Below are positions 39,240 to 48,070 of a stretch of DNA of 64,000 bases, in pieces. The translations under genes and the position numbers were made by a program. The DNA comes from Alphaproteobacteria bacterium (lineage in GTDB: Bacteria; Pseudomonadota; Alphaproteobacteria; RF32; CAG-239), in assembly GCA_045643605.1 (NCBI GenBank), contig JAZULC010000018.1, forward strand, positions 53,700-117,699, written 5' to 3'. The notes beneath the pieces were generated by a model, which saw only the letters and a program-made list of their open reading frames with translations, was not told the origin of the DNA and made no database searches. The stretch's first letter is position 1. Each line of letters starts with the position of its first letter.

Positions 39240-39848
39240 ATGAAGAAAATTTTTATTTTAACCGCCTTCGTGGCTATTAGCGCTCTTTGTGCTCACGCAA
39301 ACAACAATTCTCCTATTGACAATTCCTCTACAGAGGTTGTTGCAGTTAGCGATGTTACAGACAATCCAAGTGTTCAACCAATTGCAGAGGATTCCGCGCC
39401 ATTGGATGTGAGCGTCTGTGATGAGCGACTCGGTTTATGGTATGTACAACCAAAATTTGGTTATACTGTATCTCCTATACATGGAGCTATCGCCGGAGTA
39501 TCTGTAGGTTATGTTTGGAATTGCGGTGTTGGTATGGAACTTTATGGAAATTTCCGTATGCTACACACATCTCCGTATTATCACACAGGTTTGGACATTG
39601 CGTACGAATTTTCATTTCTGAACAAAGTGCGCCCATTTATAGGTGTCGGTCCGGGTTTGATAGTAGGAAGCGACAGATATGTTCTTCCGTCTGCGGATAT
39701 TCATACCGGATGTAGCTTTGTTTTGAAGCCGAAGGTTGTGGAACTTAATTTAGAATATCGTTGTGATTTTCTAATTTTTCCACAAGAATATGTCCACGGA
39801 GCATTGCGAGTACATTCTTTAGACGTAAGCTGTAGAGTTTATCTCTAA
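39240..39848 (+). CDS. Small outer-membrane beta-barrel protein (8-strand OmpW/Ail/opacity-like class)
   Basis: Signal peptide MKKIFILTAFVAISALCAHA followed by alternating aromatic/hydrophobic strands (GLWYVQPKFGYTV, AGVSVGYVW, MELYGNFRM, GLDIAYEFSF, VELNLEYRCDF). The gene is flanked by terminators on both sides. Confidence 0.6.
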   Translation: MKKIFILTAFVAISALCAHANNNSPIDNSSTEVVAVSDVTDNPSVQPIAEDSAPLDVSVCDERLGLWYVQPKFGYTVSPIHGAIAGVSVGYVWNCGVGMELYGNFRMLHTSPYYHTGLDIAYEFSFLNKVRPFIGVGPGLIVGSDRYVLPSADIHTGCSFVLKPKVVELNLEYRCDFLIFPQEYVHGALRVHSLDVSCRVYL

Positions 39849-39861
39849 AAGTAATTTTTAA

Positions 39862-39891
39862 AAGACAAGTTTCTAAACTTGTCTTTTTTTT
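39862..39891 (+). terminator. Rho-independent terminator after the OMP gene
   Basis: AAGACAAGTT-TCTA-AACTTGTCTT hairpin followed by T8. Confidence 0.75.
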
Positions 39892-40008
39892 ATTACAAAT
39901 AATTATCCACATAATTCACAGGGTGAAGAAATTTTTATAAATTAAAATTTTGCCTTTTAAATTTATATAGCTTATAAAAGAATAAATTGATTCTTTTGGG
40001 ATATAAAC

Positions 40009-41475
40009 ATGGATAAATCAGAACTAAAAAATTTACCACAAAACATAGAAGCAGAACAGGCATTATTGGGTGCTATTTTAGTAAACAACAAAGCTTTTGA
40101 AAAAGTTTCAGAAATTTTGAAACCGGAACATTTTGCCGAAAGCACACATAAAAAGATTTTTGAAGTAATGTCTACATTGTTGCAACGAGGACATGTTGCC
40201 GATGTTATTACCTTAAAAAATTATTTTGAGCAAAATGGCACATTAGACGAAGTCGGAGGCTATCAATATCTGATAAAACTGGCAGAAGCCGCTTCTCCTT
40301 TAACAAATGCAGAATATTACGCACAATTTATTTATGATAAATATTTGCGCCGTGAGCTTATCAACACAGGCTATGATATTGTTAATGAAGCTATGAAAGA
40401 AGATATTGATACCAACGCAAATGAACAAATAGAAATTGCCGAAAGGAAATTATACGATTTATCTTTTCAAAAAGAAGCCCAGGGAGGATTTGTAAATTTT
40501 GAAGAAGCTCTAACATCTTCTCTAGGTTATATTTCAAAAGCTTATGAAAAAGATGGCAAAATTTCAGGTCTTTCAACAGGATTAGATTTGCTTGACAGTC
40601 AAATCGGAGGTTTGAACGATTCGGATTTAATTATTATTGCCGGCCGTCCCGGAATGGGAAAAACAGCATTAGCAACAAATATTGCATATAATGTGGCTGA
40701 TTATATGTTACACGAAAAAGATATTGATAAAAAATCCAAAGGAGTTGCCTTTTTTTCTTTAGAGATGTCCGCCGATCAGTTAGCTTCAAGAATTTTATCT
40801 ACAATTACTCACACTGCCGGCCATAAAATGCGTACCGGCGATTTAGATAAAGCAGAATTTACCAGAATTGTCGCAGCTGTTCGTGAGCTTGAGGGGATTC
40901 CTCTTTATATTGATGACACCCCAGGACTAACAATCAATAATATTCGTACAAGAGCTCGCAGATTAAAAGGAAGCAAAGGACTCGGTCTAATTGTTATTGA
41001 TTACATCCAACTAATTACAGGTACAAAGAAAAATGATGCCAATCGTGTACAGGAATTATCTGAAATTTCCCGAGGATTAAAAATTTTAGCAAAAGAATTA
41101 AAAGTACCTGTTATTGCTCTTTCTCAATTAAATCGTGGTGTAGAACAAAGAGATGATAAAAAACCACTTATGTCAGATTTAAGAGAATCTGGATCTATTG
41201 AACAAGATGCAGATATTGTAATGTTTGTTTACAGGGAAAATTATTATATTGAAAGAGAAGAACCTAAACAAAAGGCTTCTGAAACTCCTGAACACTTACA
41301 AAAACGCATAGAAGATTGGGAAAAGCGCAAACGTGAAACTGCTAATATTGCAGAAGTTATTGTCGGCAAACAACGTCATGGTCCTACAGGTAGTATTCAA
41401 CTGTTTTGGAATGGTGAATATGCACAATTCGGCAATTTAGCCAAAGAAGAATATATTCCTGAACAAAACGGATAA
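40009..41475 (+). CDS. dnaB: Replicative DNA helicase DnaB
   Basis: LPQNIEAEQALLGAIL N-terminus, GRPGMGKTALA Walker A, IVIDYIQLI and SQLNRGVEQR motifs. Confidence 0.95.
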   Translation: MDKSELKNLPQNIEAEQALLGAILVNNKAFEKVSEILKPEHFAESTHKKIFEVMSTLLQRGHVADVITLKNYFEQNGTLDEVGGYQYLIKLAEAASPLTNAEYYAQFIYDKYLRRELINTGYDIVNEAMKEDIDTNANEQIEIAERKLYDLSFQKEAQGGFVNFEEALTSSLGYISKAYEKDGKISGLSTGLDLLDSQIGGLNDSDLIIIAGRPGMGKTALATNIAYNVADYMLHEKDIDKKSKGVAFFSLEMSADQLASRILSTITHTAGHKMRTGDLDKAEFTRIVAAVRELEGIPLYIDDTPGLTINNIRTRARRLKGSKGLGLIVIDYIQLITGTKKNDANRVQELSEISRGLKILAKELKVPVIALSQLNRGVEQRDDKKPLMSDLRESGSIEQDADIVMFVYRENYYIEREEPKQKASETPEHLQKRIEDWEKRKRETANIAEVIVGKQRHGPTGSIQLFWNGEYAQFGNLAKEEYIPEQNG

Positions 41476-41489
41476 GTATATACAAAAAT

Positions 41490-42197
41490 ATGAAAATTAC
41501 ATTGCTTACAGGTACGGTTTATAATTTACAAGAACAATTTGATTTTCCTATTGAAATTAAAAAATCAATAAGAGCTGTTAAATTGACGCTGAAAATTGAT
41601 GCAAAAAAAAGAATTCCTGTTTTGGTGATGCCAAGATTTTGTTCTGAAAAACGAGCCGTACAATTTGTAAAAGATCACGAAGTATGGATTCAAAATTCAC
41701 TGCTCAAAATTCCGGAAATCAGGCAATTTCAAGATAAAGAAAAAATTTCTCTGTTTGGAAAAGAAATAGAACTTCGTCATACAGAAGATATAAAATCCGT
41801 TAAATTAAACGGAGATATACTTTTTGTCGGTGGTGATTTGGAATTTTTTCATAGACGAGTAAAGGATTTTATTAAAAATCAGGCAAAAAAAATATTTTTT
41901 ACGCAATCTAAAGAATTGGCAAAAAAAATTAATTGTGAACTAAAAAGCGTGTGTATCAAAGACACAAAATCGCGTTGGGGAAGTTGCTCTTCTTTACACA
42001 ACATAAATTATAATTGGAGAATAGCATTAGCACCTGATTTTGTTATAAATTATTTATTAGCTCATGAAGTTTCTCATCTTAAACACCCTGACCACTCTGC
42101 TGATTTTTGGAAATGTGTAAAAAATTTGTGTCCGGATATGGAGCACGGCAATAAATGGCTAAAAAATTTTGGTAATAAATTAAATATGTACCAATAA
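41490..42197 (+). CDS. YgjP-like metal-dependent hydrolase (DUF45/M48-related)
   Basis: SRWGSCS block and the HEVSHLKHPDHSADFW (HExxH) motif, characteristic of the YgjP family. Confidence 0.8.
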   Translation: MKITLLTGTVYNLQEQFDFPIEIKKSIRAVKLTLKIDAKKRIPVLVMPRFCSEKRAVQFVKDHEVWIQNSLLKIPEIRQFQDKEKISLFGKEIELRHTEDIKSVKLNGDILFVGGDLEFFHRRVKDFIKNQAKKIFFTQSKELAKKINCELKSVCIKDTKSRWGSCSSLHNINYNWRIALAPDFVINYLLAHEVSHLKHPDHSADFWKCVKNLCPDMEHGNKWLKNFGNKLNMYQ

Positions 42198-42261
42198 AAT
42201 TATCAATTTATAAAGATTTATCTGTTAGTTTATCCTTATATGATTATATCAGGAGAATAAA

Positions 42262-43257
42262 ATGAAAAAGATTGCGGTTGTCGGTGCAACAGAAACTGTC
42301 GGCAGAGAATTTTTAAGTTTGTTAGAAGAAAACGGCTGGAATGCCAAAGATGTTTTTGCCGTTGAAAATCAATCACCATTAGGAACAACAATTTCATTTG
42401 GAGAGGACGAAGAAATTGATGTGTACAATTTAGCTGATTTTGATTTTTCTAAAGTAGATTGCGCAATTTTTACATTAAGCGATGAATTATCTAAACGATA
42501 TCTGCCTAAAGCAATAAACAAGAAAATTAAAGTTATAGACTGCAGTTTAGCTACTTTTGCAGATTCTGATGTTCCAATGATTATTGCTGACATTAACCCT
42601 GAAAAAATAATCGGACATAACGTTGTATCTGTACCATCATTTTTTGTTACACAAATGTTGCTACCTTTACAAAATATTGCTAATAAACTACATATAACTC
42701 GTATTGTTGCATCAACATATACATCAGCTTCAATATATGGTAAAGAAGCCATGGACGAACTTTTCACTCAAACCAGAAAAATTTTTATGAATGAACCCAT
42801 AGCAAATAATGAATTAGTATTTCATAAGCAAATAGCTTTTAATGTAATTCCGCAAGCCGGTGAATTTATGGGTGAAGAAACATCTTTTGAATGGACAATA
42901 AATGCACAAAGCAAAAAAATATTAGGAACAGATATTAAAATCCACGCTAATTGCGCTATAATTCCTACATTTGTCGGATCCGGAGCATTTGTAAATGTTG
43001 AATGCGATGATGAAGTTGATGCTGATGAAATTAAAAAATTGATGCAAAACTCAAAAGATGTCATCGTTTTTGATAAAAATACTGATGGCGGATATGTGAC
43101 TATCATTGATGTACAAGGTGAAGATAATATATATGTCAGCAGAATACGACAAGATGCGTCCGTAGAAAACGGATTTAGTTTTTGGTGTGTTGCTGATAAT
43201 GTTAGGGCAGGAATCGTTGTTAATGCTTTTAAGGTTATGAAATTGCTTTTAAAATAA
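42262..43257 (+). CDS. Aspartate-semialdehyde dehydrogenase family protein lacking canonical catalytic residues (Asd-like/USG-1-like)
   Basis: Asd length and blocks are present (KIAVVGATETVG, STYTSAS, VADNVRAG). By manual alignment the NPNC active-site motif reads VPSF, and the RVPVxxGHS motif reads IIPTFVGSG. Confidence 0.8.
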   Translation: MKKIAVVGATETVGREFLSLLEENGWNAKDVFAVENQSPLGTTISFGEDEEIDVYNLADFDFSKVDCAIFTLSDELSKRYLPKAINKKIKVIDCSLATFADSDVPMIIADINPEKIIGHNVVSVPSFFVTQMLLPLQNIANKLHITRIVASTYTSASIYGKEAMDELFTQTRKIFMNEPIANNELVFHKQIAFNVIPQAGEFMGEETSFEWTINAQSKKILGTDIKIHANCAIIPTFVGSGAFVNVECDDEVDADEIKKLMQNSKDVIVFDKNTDGGYVTIIDVQGEDNIYVSRIRQDASVENGFSFWCVADNVRAGIVVNAFKVMKLLLK

Positions 43258-43276
43258 AACTTTTTAGGAAATAAAC

Positions 43277-45661
43277 ATGAAGAAAATAAATATTTTTACT
43301 CTTTTACTTTTTACAATAATAAGTTTTTCAAATTTCGCAAAATGTCAAGTGGAAGATGTTGATGCCGTAACCGGTTTAATTGAAGATGTTTATAAAGAGA
43401 AAGTTGATTTAACAGATTTAAGCAAAAAATTACAAGATATAGAAAATTCTATCAAAAATCAGCAAATTCTTAATGACAGTATTGATTTAACATCTTTTTT
43501 TGCAGATAATGAAACTCTTTTATTAAACTTAAAAAAACAATTTGAAAGAGAAGAAAGTTTTATTCAAAAGAAAATAGATGCCTTGGGAGAAGAACCAAAA
43601 GACAACGGAGAAGAGTTAGAAATCATCACACAACGGCGAAAAGAATTTGCGCAAGAAATGGCTTTGCAAAAAGCAAAAATTGCCGAGGTTAATATTCTAT
43701 TAGCAAAAATATCTGAAGTAGGAATATTAGTTGTTAATGAGCATAATCGCATTCTAATCGGTAACTTAATGACTAAAATGCCATCTTTGTTAAATCCTCA
43801 AAACTTTTATAAATCTTTTCAATTAGCTTCAGATTTTATACTTAATATTGCAAAATCACCGGCTCAATGGATAATAAAAGGCAACCATCAAAATATAACA
43901 AAAGACATATATTTATCTCTTGTTATAATTGCTTGTATTGTTTTTTTGGGCTTTATTTTACGTCAATATATCTTGAAAAATTTCGGGTATAAAACAAATT
44001 TGGAACAAGCACCTAATTACGAAGAAAAACTTAAAACAGCAATATGTGTAGCGGCTGCCAGAGGGCTGATTCCTTCTTTATTTTTAGCGGGAATGTTATT
44101 GTGGTTTTTAATAATAAAATCATCAGAAAAATTGTTTTTTGATATCGTTATAATCAATATTTTGCACTATTCTTTGTATATAGTAATAGGAATGGCATTA
44201 AGCAGAGTAATTTTTGCCCCAAAATATCCGCAATGGCGATTAGCAAATATCTCCGATAAAAAAGCCAAAAAATTTAATCATGCTGTTTATCTTAGTATCT
44301 TTTTGGTAAGTTTTTGCTTATGTATGGAAAATATTGCAACACAAGCGAATTATCAAATAAATTTATTATACCTCTTAAGTCTATTATCAACAAGTGCAAA
44401 ATGTTTAAGTTTAATAATGATTGTAAATGCAACTTTTTGGCAAGAAGATACTAAAGATGATGATAACGCTGACGATACATCTGATGATGCCACTTTTTCA
44501 ATTAATTGGAAGATAAATTTCTTTGCCATCTTACTTTCATTAACTTTATTCGGGTTAGCTGTATTCGGTTATTTTAAATTGCCTGAATTTATCTTAAATC
44601 GCATGATACTTTCTATTATTCTGGTATTTTCATTTTCTACCGTCAAAAATATCTTATTTGACCTTTCAAAGCATGCTATTGCCGTCTTAATGGCTCATTC
44701 CAGAAAAAAATTACGGAATAAAGTTCTTGAAAATATTGATATTTTTATATCTATATTTTTAACACCTGTTTTGTGGGTAATAATGGGTGTATTCTTACTA
44801 AATTTATGGGGAATTCCGTCAGATTGGCTAATTCAAGCCATAAAAAAATTATTTTTCGGCTTTCATGTCGGTAATTTAAGAATTTCTCTTATTTCTATTT
44901 TGTTAGGAATAGCCTCATTTTTCTTAATTTTATACCTATTTAAGTTATTATCTTCAAAATTAAAACAAAATTTATTATCAAAAATAAATATTGAAGACGG
45001 TATAAGAAATTCTTTGCTGACAACTCTGCATTTTTTTGGCAGCATAATTGCCGCATTGATTGCCATCGTTATTATGGGAATTGATTTAACAAACCTCGCA
45101 TTAATTGCCGGAGCTTTATCTATCGGTATCGGTTTCGGATTACAAAATATCATAAATAATCTTGTTTCAGGATTAATTATTTTATTTGAGCGTCCATTTA
45201 ATGTAGGAGATTGGGTTATGATAAACGGCGAAGAAGGCAGAATAAAACAAGTCAACATTCGTTCAACGGTTGTAGAAACTTTTAATAAGTCAAATATCAT
45301 TATTCCGAATGCTAATTTATTATCGTCTTCTGTTACAAATTTAACTCATGATAATAATTCTGCACGTTATGGTATAAAAGTCGGTGTAGCTTATGGTTCT
45401 GACATTCAAAAAGTAAAAGACATTTTGTTAGAATGTGCCAAGACAAATAAATATGTTGTAAAAAATCCGGCTCCGTACGTCATTTTTCAAGATTTTGGAA
45501 ACAGCAGTTTAGATTTTGAATTAAGATTTTATGTAAATGACATTTGGGAAGGATGGGTTGCTCCGAGCGATATACGATTTGAAATAAATAAAAGGTTTCA
45601 AGAAGAAAATATAGAAATTCCTTTCCCTCAAATTGTAGTGCATAATAAAAAAGAGCAATAA
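43277..45661 (+). CDS. Large mechanosensitive channel of the MscS superfamily (MscK/KefA-like)
   Basis: Signal peptide, periplasmic coiled coil, about 10 TM segments and the MscS core GALSIGIGFGLQNIINNLVSGLIILFERPFNVGDWV. Confidence 0.85.
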   Translation: MKKINIFTLLLFTIISFSNFAKCQVEDVDAVTGLIEDVYKEKVDLTDLSKKLQDIENSIKNQQILNDSIDLTSFFADNETLLLNLKKQFEREESFIQKKIDALGEEPKDNGEELEIITQRRKEFAQEMALQKAKIAEVNILLAKISEVGILVVNEHNRILIGNLMTKMPSLLNPQNFYKSFQLASDFILNIAKSPAQWIIKGNHQNITKDIYLSLVIIACIVFLGFILRQYILKNFGYKTNLEQAPNYEEKLKTAICVAAARGLIPSLFLAGMLLWFLIIKSSEKLFFDIVIINILHYSLYIVIGMALSRVIFAPKYPQWRLANISDKKAKKFNHAVYLSIFLVSFCLCMENIATQANYQINLLYLLSLLSTSAKCLSLIMIVNATFWQEDTKDDDNADDTSDDATFSINWKINFFAILLSLTLFGLAVFGYFKLPEFILNRMILSIILVFSFSTVKNILFDLSKHAIAVLMAHSRKKLRNKVLENIDIFISIFLTPVLWVIMGVFLLNLWGIPSDWLIQAIKKLFFGFHVGNLRISLISILLGIASFFLILYLFKLLSSKLKQNLLSKINIEDGIRNSLLTTLHFFGSIIAALIAIVIMGIDLTNLALIAGALSIGIGFGLQNIINNLVSGLIILFERPFNVGDWVMINGEEGRIKQVNIRSTVVETFNKSNIIIPNANLLSSSVTNLTHDNNSARYGIKVGVAYGSDIQKVKDILLECAKTNKYVVKNPAPYVIFQDFGNSSLDFELRFYVNDIWEGWVAPSDIRFEINKRFQEENIEIPFPQIVVHNKKEQ

Positions 45662-45706
45662 ACTTATACTTGCAAAATAATATTTATATGCTAAAAGATT
45701 TTTGTT

Positions 45707-45804
<98 letters not shown>

Positions 45805-45824
45805 ATTTGACAATTTAGGATTAG

Positions 45825-45854
45825 AATTTTATCCCAGAATTGTCCCAAGATTTT
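45825..45854 (+). repeat. Island-internal 30-bp repeat, left copy (candidate integrase arm-type site)
   Basis: AATTTTATCCCAGAATTGTCCCAAGATTTT matches AATTTTATCCCAAGTCTGTCCCAAGATTTT at 63615-63644 at 26/30 positions. It contains two TCCCA half-sites 10 bp apart. Confidence 0.5.
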
Positions 45855-46184
45855 TCAAAACCCTCTACTTTTTACCTCTAATCAAAATCTATCTTTTATA
45901 TGTTTAAATGTTCTTCTGTTGAATTTTTATTCATCAGTATGATTAATTATATTGAAAATTAACATTAAAGTCAATATACGCTTAATATTTCATTGTAAAA
46001 AGGCATATTTATGCCTCAATTCTTATTTAATTATTAAAAAGCGCTTTACACGTTAGAGATGGTATGACTTTTTTAAATCCACTATAGATATAAGTAAATT
46101 TTTTTATTTTTTATCACATTCTACTCAAAATATTACAAAACCAATAGTTCTATTCATCAGAAGAAACATCTGAATGAGTGAACA

Positions 46185-47102
46185 ATGATGAAATCGGAAA
46201 AATCACAAAAACCTATTGTCAAAGAGAAAAGCAAAAGAGCCTTCAGCGCCTTCATAAATAATGTTTCTTGGTGGTGGAACGTAATAAATTTTGAGTTGGA
46301 TAATAGTTATATATATAAAAGAATTAAAACTGTTACGTATAAAAATGGGAAAACATCACAAATAATCACTCTTCCTAACGTACCCAGATGGAAAGATGTT
46401 ACCAGAGTACAAAAAGGTGCATATTTTGCCAAATTTTTAGCTGAAAGCAAAGAATTTTTGACCTTAAAACCATTTTCTTTGGATTTTACATATACATTAC
46501 ACGATAGATACTGTACAAACAAATTATCAGTGATACGGGATGAGTTCAGTAAAAAAATATATAATAATTTACGCCAGCATGGCAAACAACATATCGAGAT
46601 GGCGTATTGTATTGAAGGAAGAAGTAAAAGATTACACTGTCATGGTTTTATAGATAAAGAAAATTTGGGCGATTTTACGAATCTCTTGAAACAATCTGCT
46701 TGCTCCACTAGAAATGAATATAAAGAGATTAATTACAATAATATGCTTAAATTTTCTGAGTATTCTTATCAAAAAAGCGGTGGAAGTTATGGGTGGTACT
46801 GCTACATCCACAAAGGATCACACTCTGAAAATGCATTTCACCTTTCACATTCTTTATTGATTAGGATCCGAGATGAGTATGAAAAGCTTTATGAACAATA
46901 TATTGTAAGAATTAAACAACTGGAAGCAGAAGGTTTTAAAATACGTTACAAAGACGCTAAACAAAAAGAATATCATAAACGATTTAACATTTGGAAAGAC
47001 ATAGCAAGATTATATAAACAAACAAATACAATATTTAAATCATATATATCAAACACAAGTATTTATCATACGTATTTAATCAAACCACCACCGCTTATTT
47101 AA
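46185..47102 (+). CDS. Hypothetical protein, possible HUH-type Rep/relaxase (Inovirus Gp2/YfjJ-like?)
   Basis: 305-aa ORF. MAYCIEGRSKRLHCHGFI contains an H-C-H (HUH-like) motif, and a downstream WYCYIHK fits YxxK. The assignment is tentative. Confidence 0.45.
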   Translation: MMKSEKSQKPIVKEKSKRAFSAFINNVSWWWNVINFELDNSYIYKRIKTVTYKNGKTSQIITLPNVPRWKDVTRVQKGAYFAKFLAESKEFLTLKPFSLDFTYTLHDRYCTNKLSVIRDEFSKKIYNNLRQHGKQHIEMAYCIEGRSKRLHCHGFIDKENLGDFTNLLKQSACSTRNEYKEINYNNMLKFSEYSYQKSGGSYGWYCYIHKGSHSENAFHLSHSLLIRIRDEYEKLYEQYIVRIKQLEAEGFKIRYKDAKQKEYHKRFNIWKDIARLYKQTNTIFKSYISNTSIYHTYLIKPPPLI

Positions 47103-47210
47103 TATCTTATTATTGATAGTAAGCTATATTTTAGTTATTGCATATATCATTTTTGCAATTAAAATACAGACACGTAGTTACAATTAATATTATTTATGTC
47201 GAATAAATTA

Positions 47211-47519
47211 TTACGATTTTGATGCGAAAAAATTCAGAAGAATAGCATCATATCGTTTATTTTGGTTTCTTATTCTGGAGCTTAAAAAAGTAATCTGTGG
47301 TGTATGAGTTAAAACAAATTGAAATAGTTTGCATGAAGTACTCATTGATACAAGAACAGTTGTTTCATGTCCATAATACATAAACTGTTCATATGCTTTC
47401 TTTATGATTTCTTCTTTTCTTTTTTTTGAAACACCAAGTAGATTGATACAAGGACAAGAGGTTGAACTGTTAGAAGAATCTGTTGAAAATGAGTGAATAT
47501 ATGAATCAACCTCTTGCAT
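47211..47519 (-). CDS. Hypothetical 102-aa ORF of doubtful coding status
   Basis: It is the only ORF of at least 60 aa in an otherwise ORF-free ~970-bp stretch. No recognisable motifs or RBS were checked. Confidence 0.3.
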   Translation of the reverse strand: MQEVDSYIHSFSTDSSNSSTSCPCINLLGVSKKRKEEIIKKAYEQFMYYGHETTVLVSMSTSCKLFQFVLTHTPQITFLSSRIRNQNKRYDAILLNFFASKS

Positions 47520-48070
47520 TGTGGTTAAACCTATTAAAAAAATTGCCCTTGTACCTATATATAGAACTTAATTATTTTAGTGATTGTACCATTTATAAAA
47601 TTGGTACCAAGCAAATGTTTTTTATCTTCAAACTAAAATTTCGATGTTAGAAACAGACATCATTATAGAATCGTTTATTAAGGCTCACTGAGATAGTACT
47701 TCGATTTTTCATCATAAGTTAGATTTAGAATAATTTACCAGTGCACGCCCGATAGAACTGATAACCTCTGTGATATCCATATCTTAAAAATCCATAACAT
47801 ATAAGCAAAAGAAGTTTGTGTTATGTTATAGAACTTAATTTGATAAGTATCTTTCCCCATCCATCAACTTGCTACCAACATAAATGGTTTTAATCTATAG
47901 ATGGTTAAAGCTGAATGGATTGTATAAATAAGAGCTGAATAGCTTTTTGAAAGCCGCTGAGAGCATATTTTATTTTTTTGTATTGAGTACTACAAGAAAG
48001 AAAATAATCATCTATAGGAGCTTAAAAATACCGATGCTGATCTAAATATATCTAGAGCGAATGTATTTTA

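Noticed and set aside
39437-39715. 92-aa alternative-frame ORF inside the OMP gene
   Set aside because: It is on the same strand and nested in the 202-aa ORF, which has a signal peptide and beta-strand pattern. It probably arises from the locally higher G+C.
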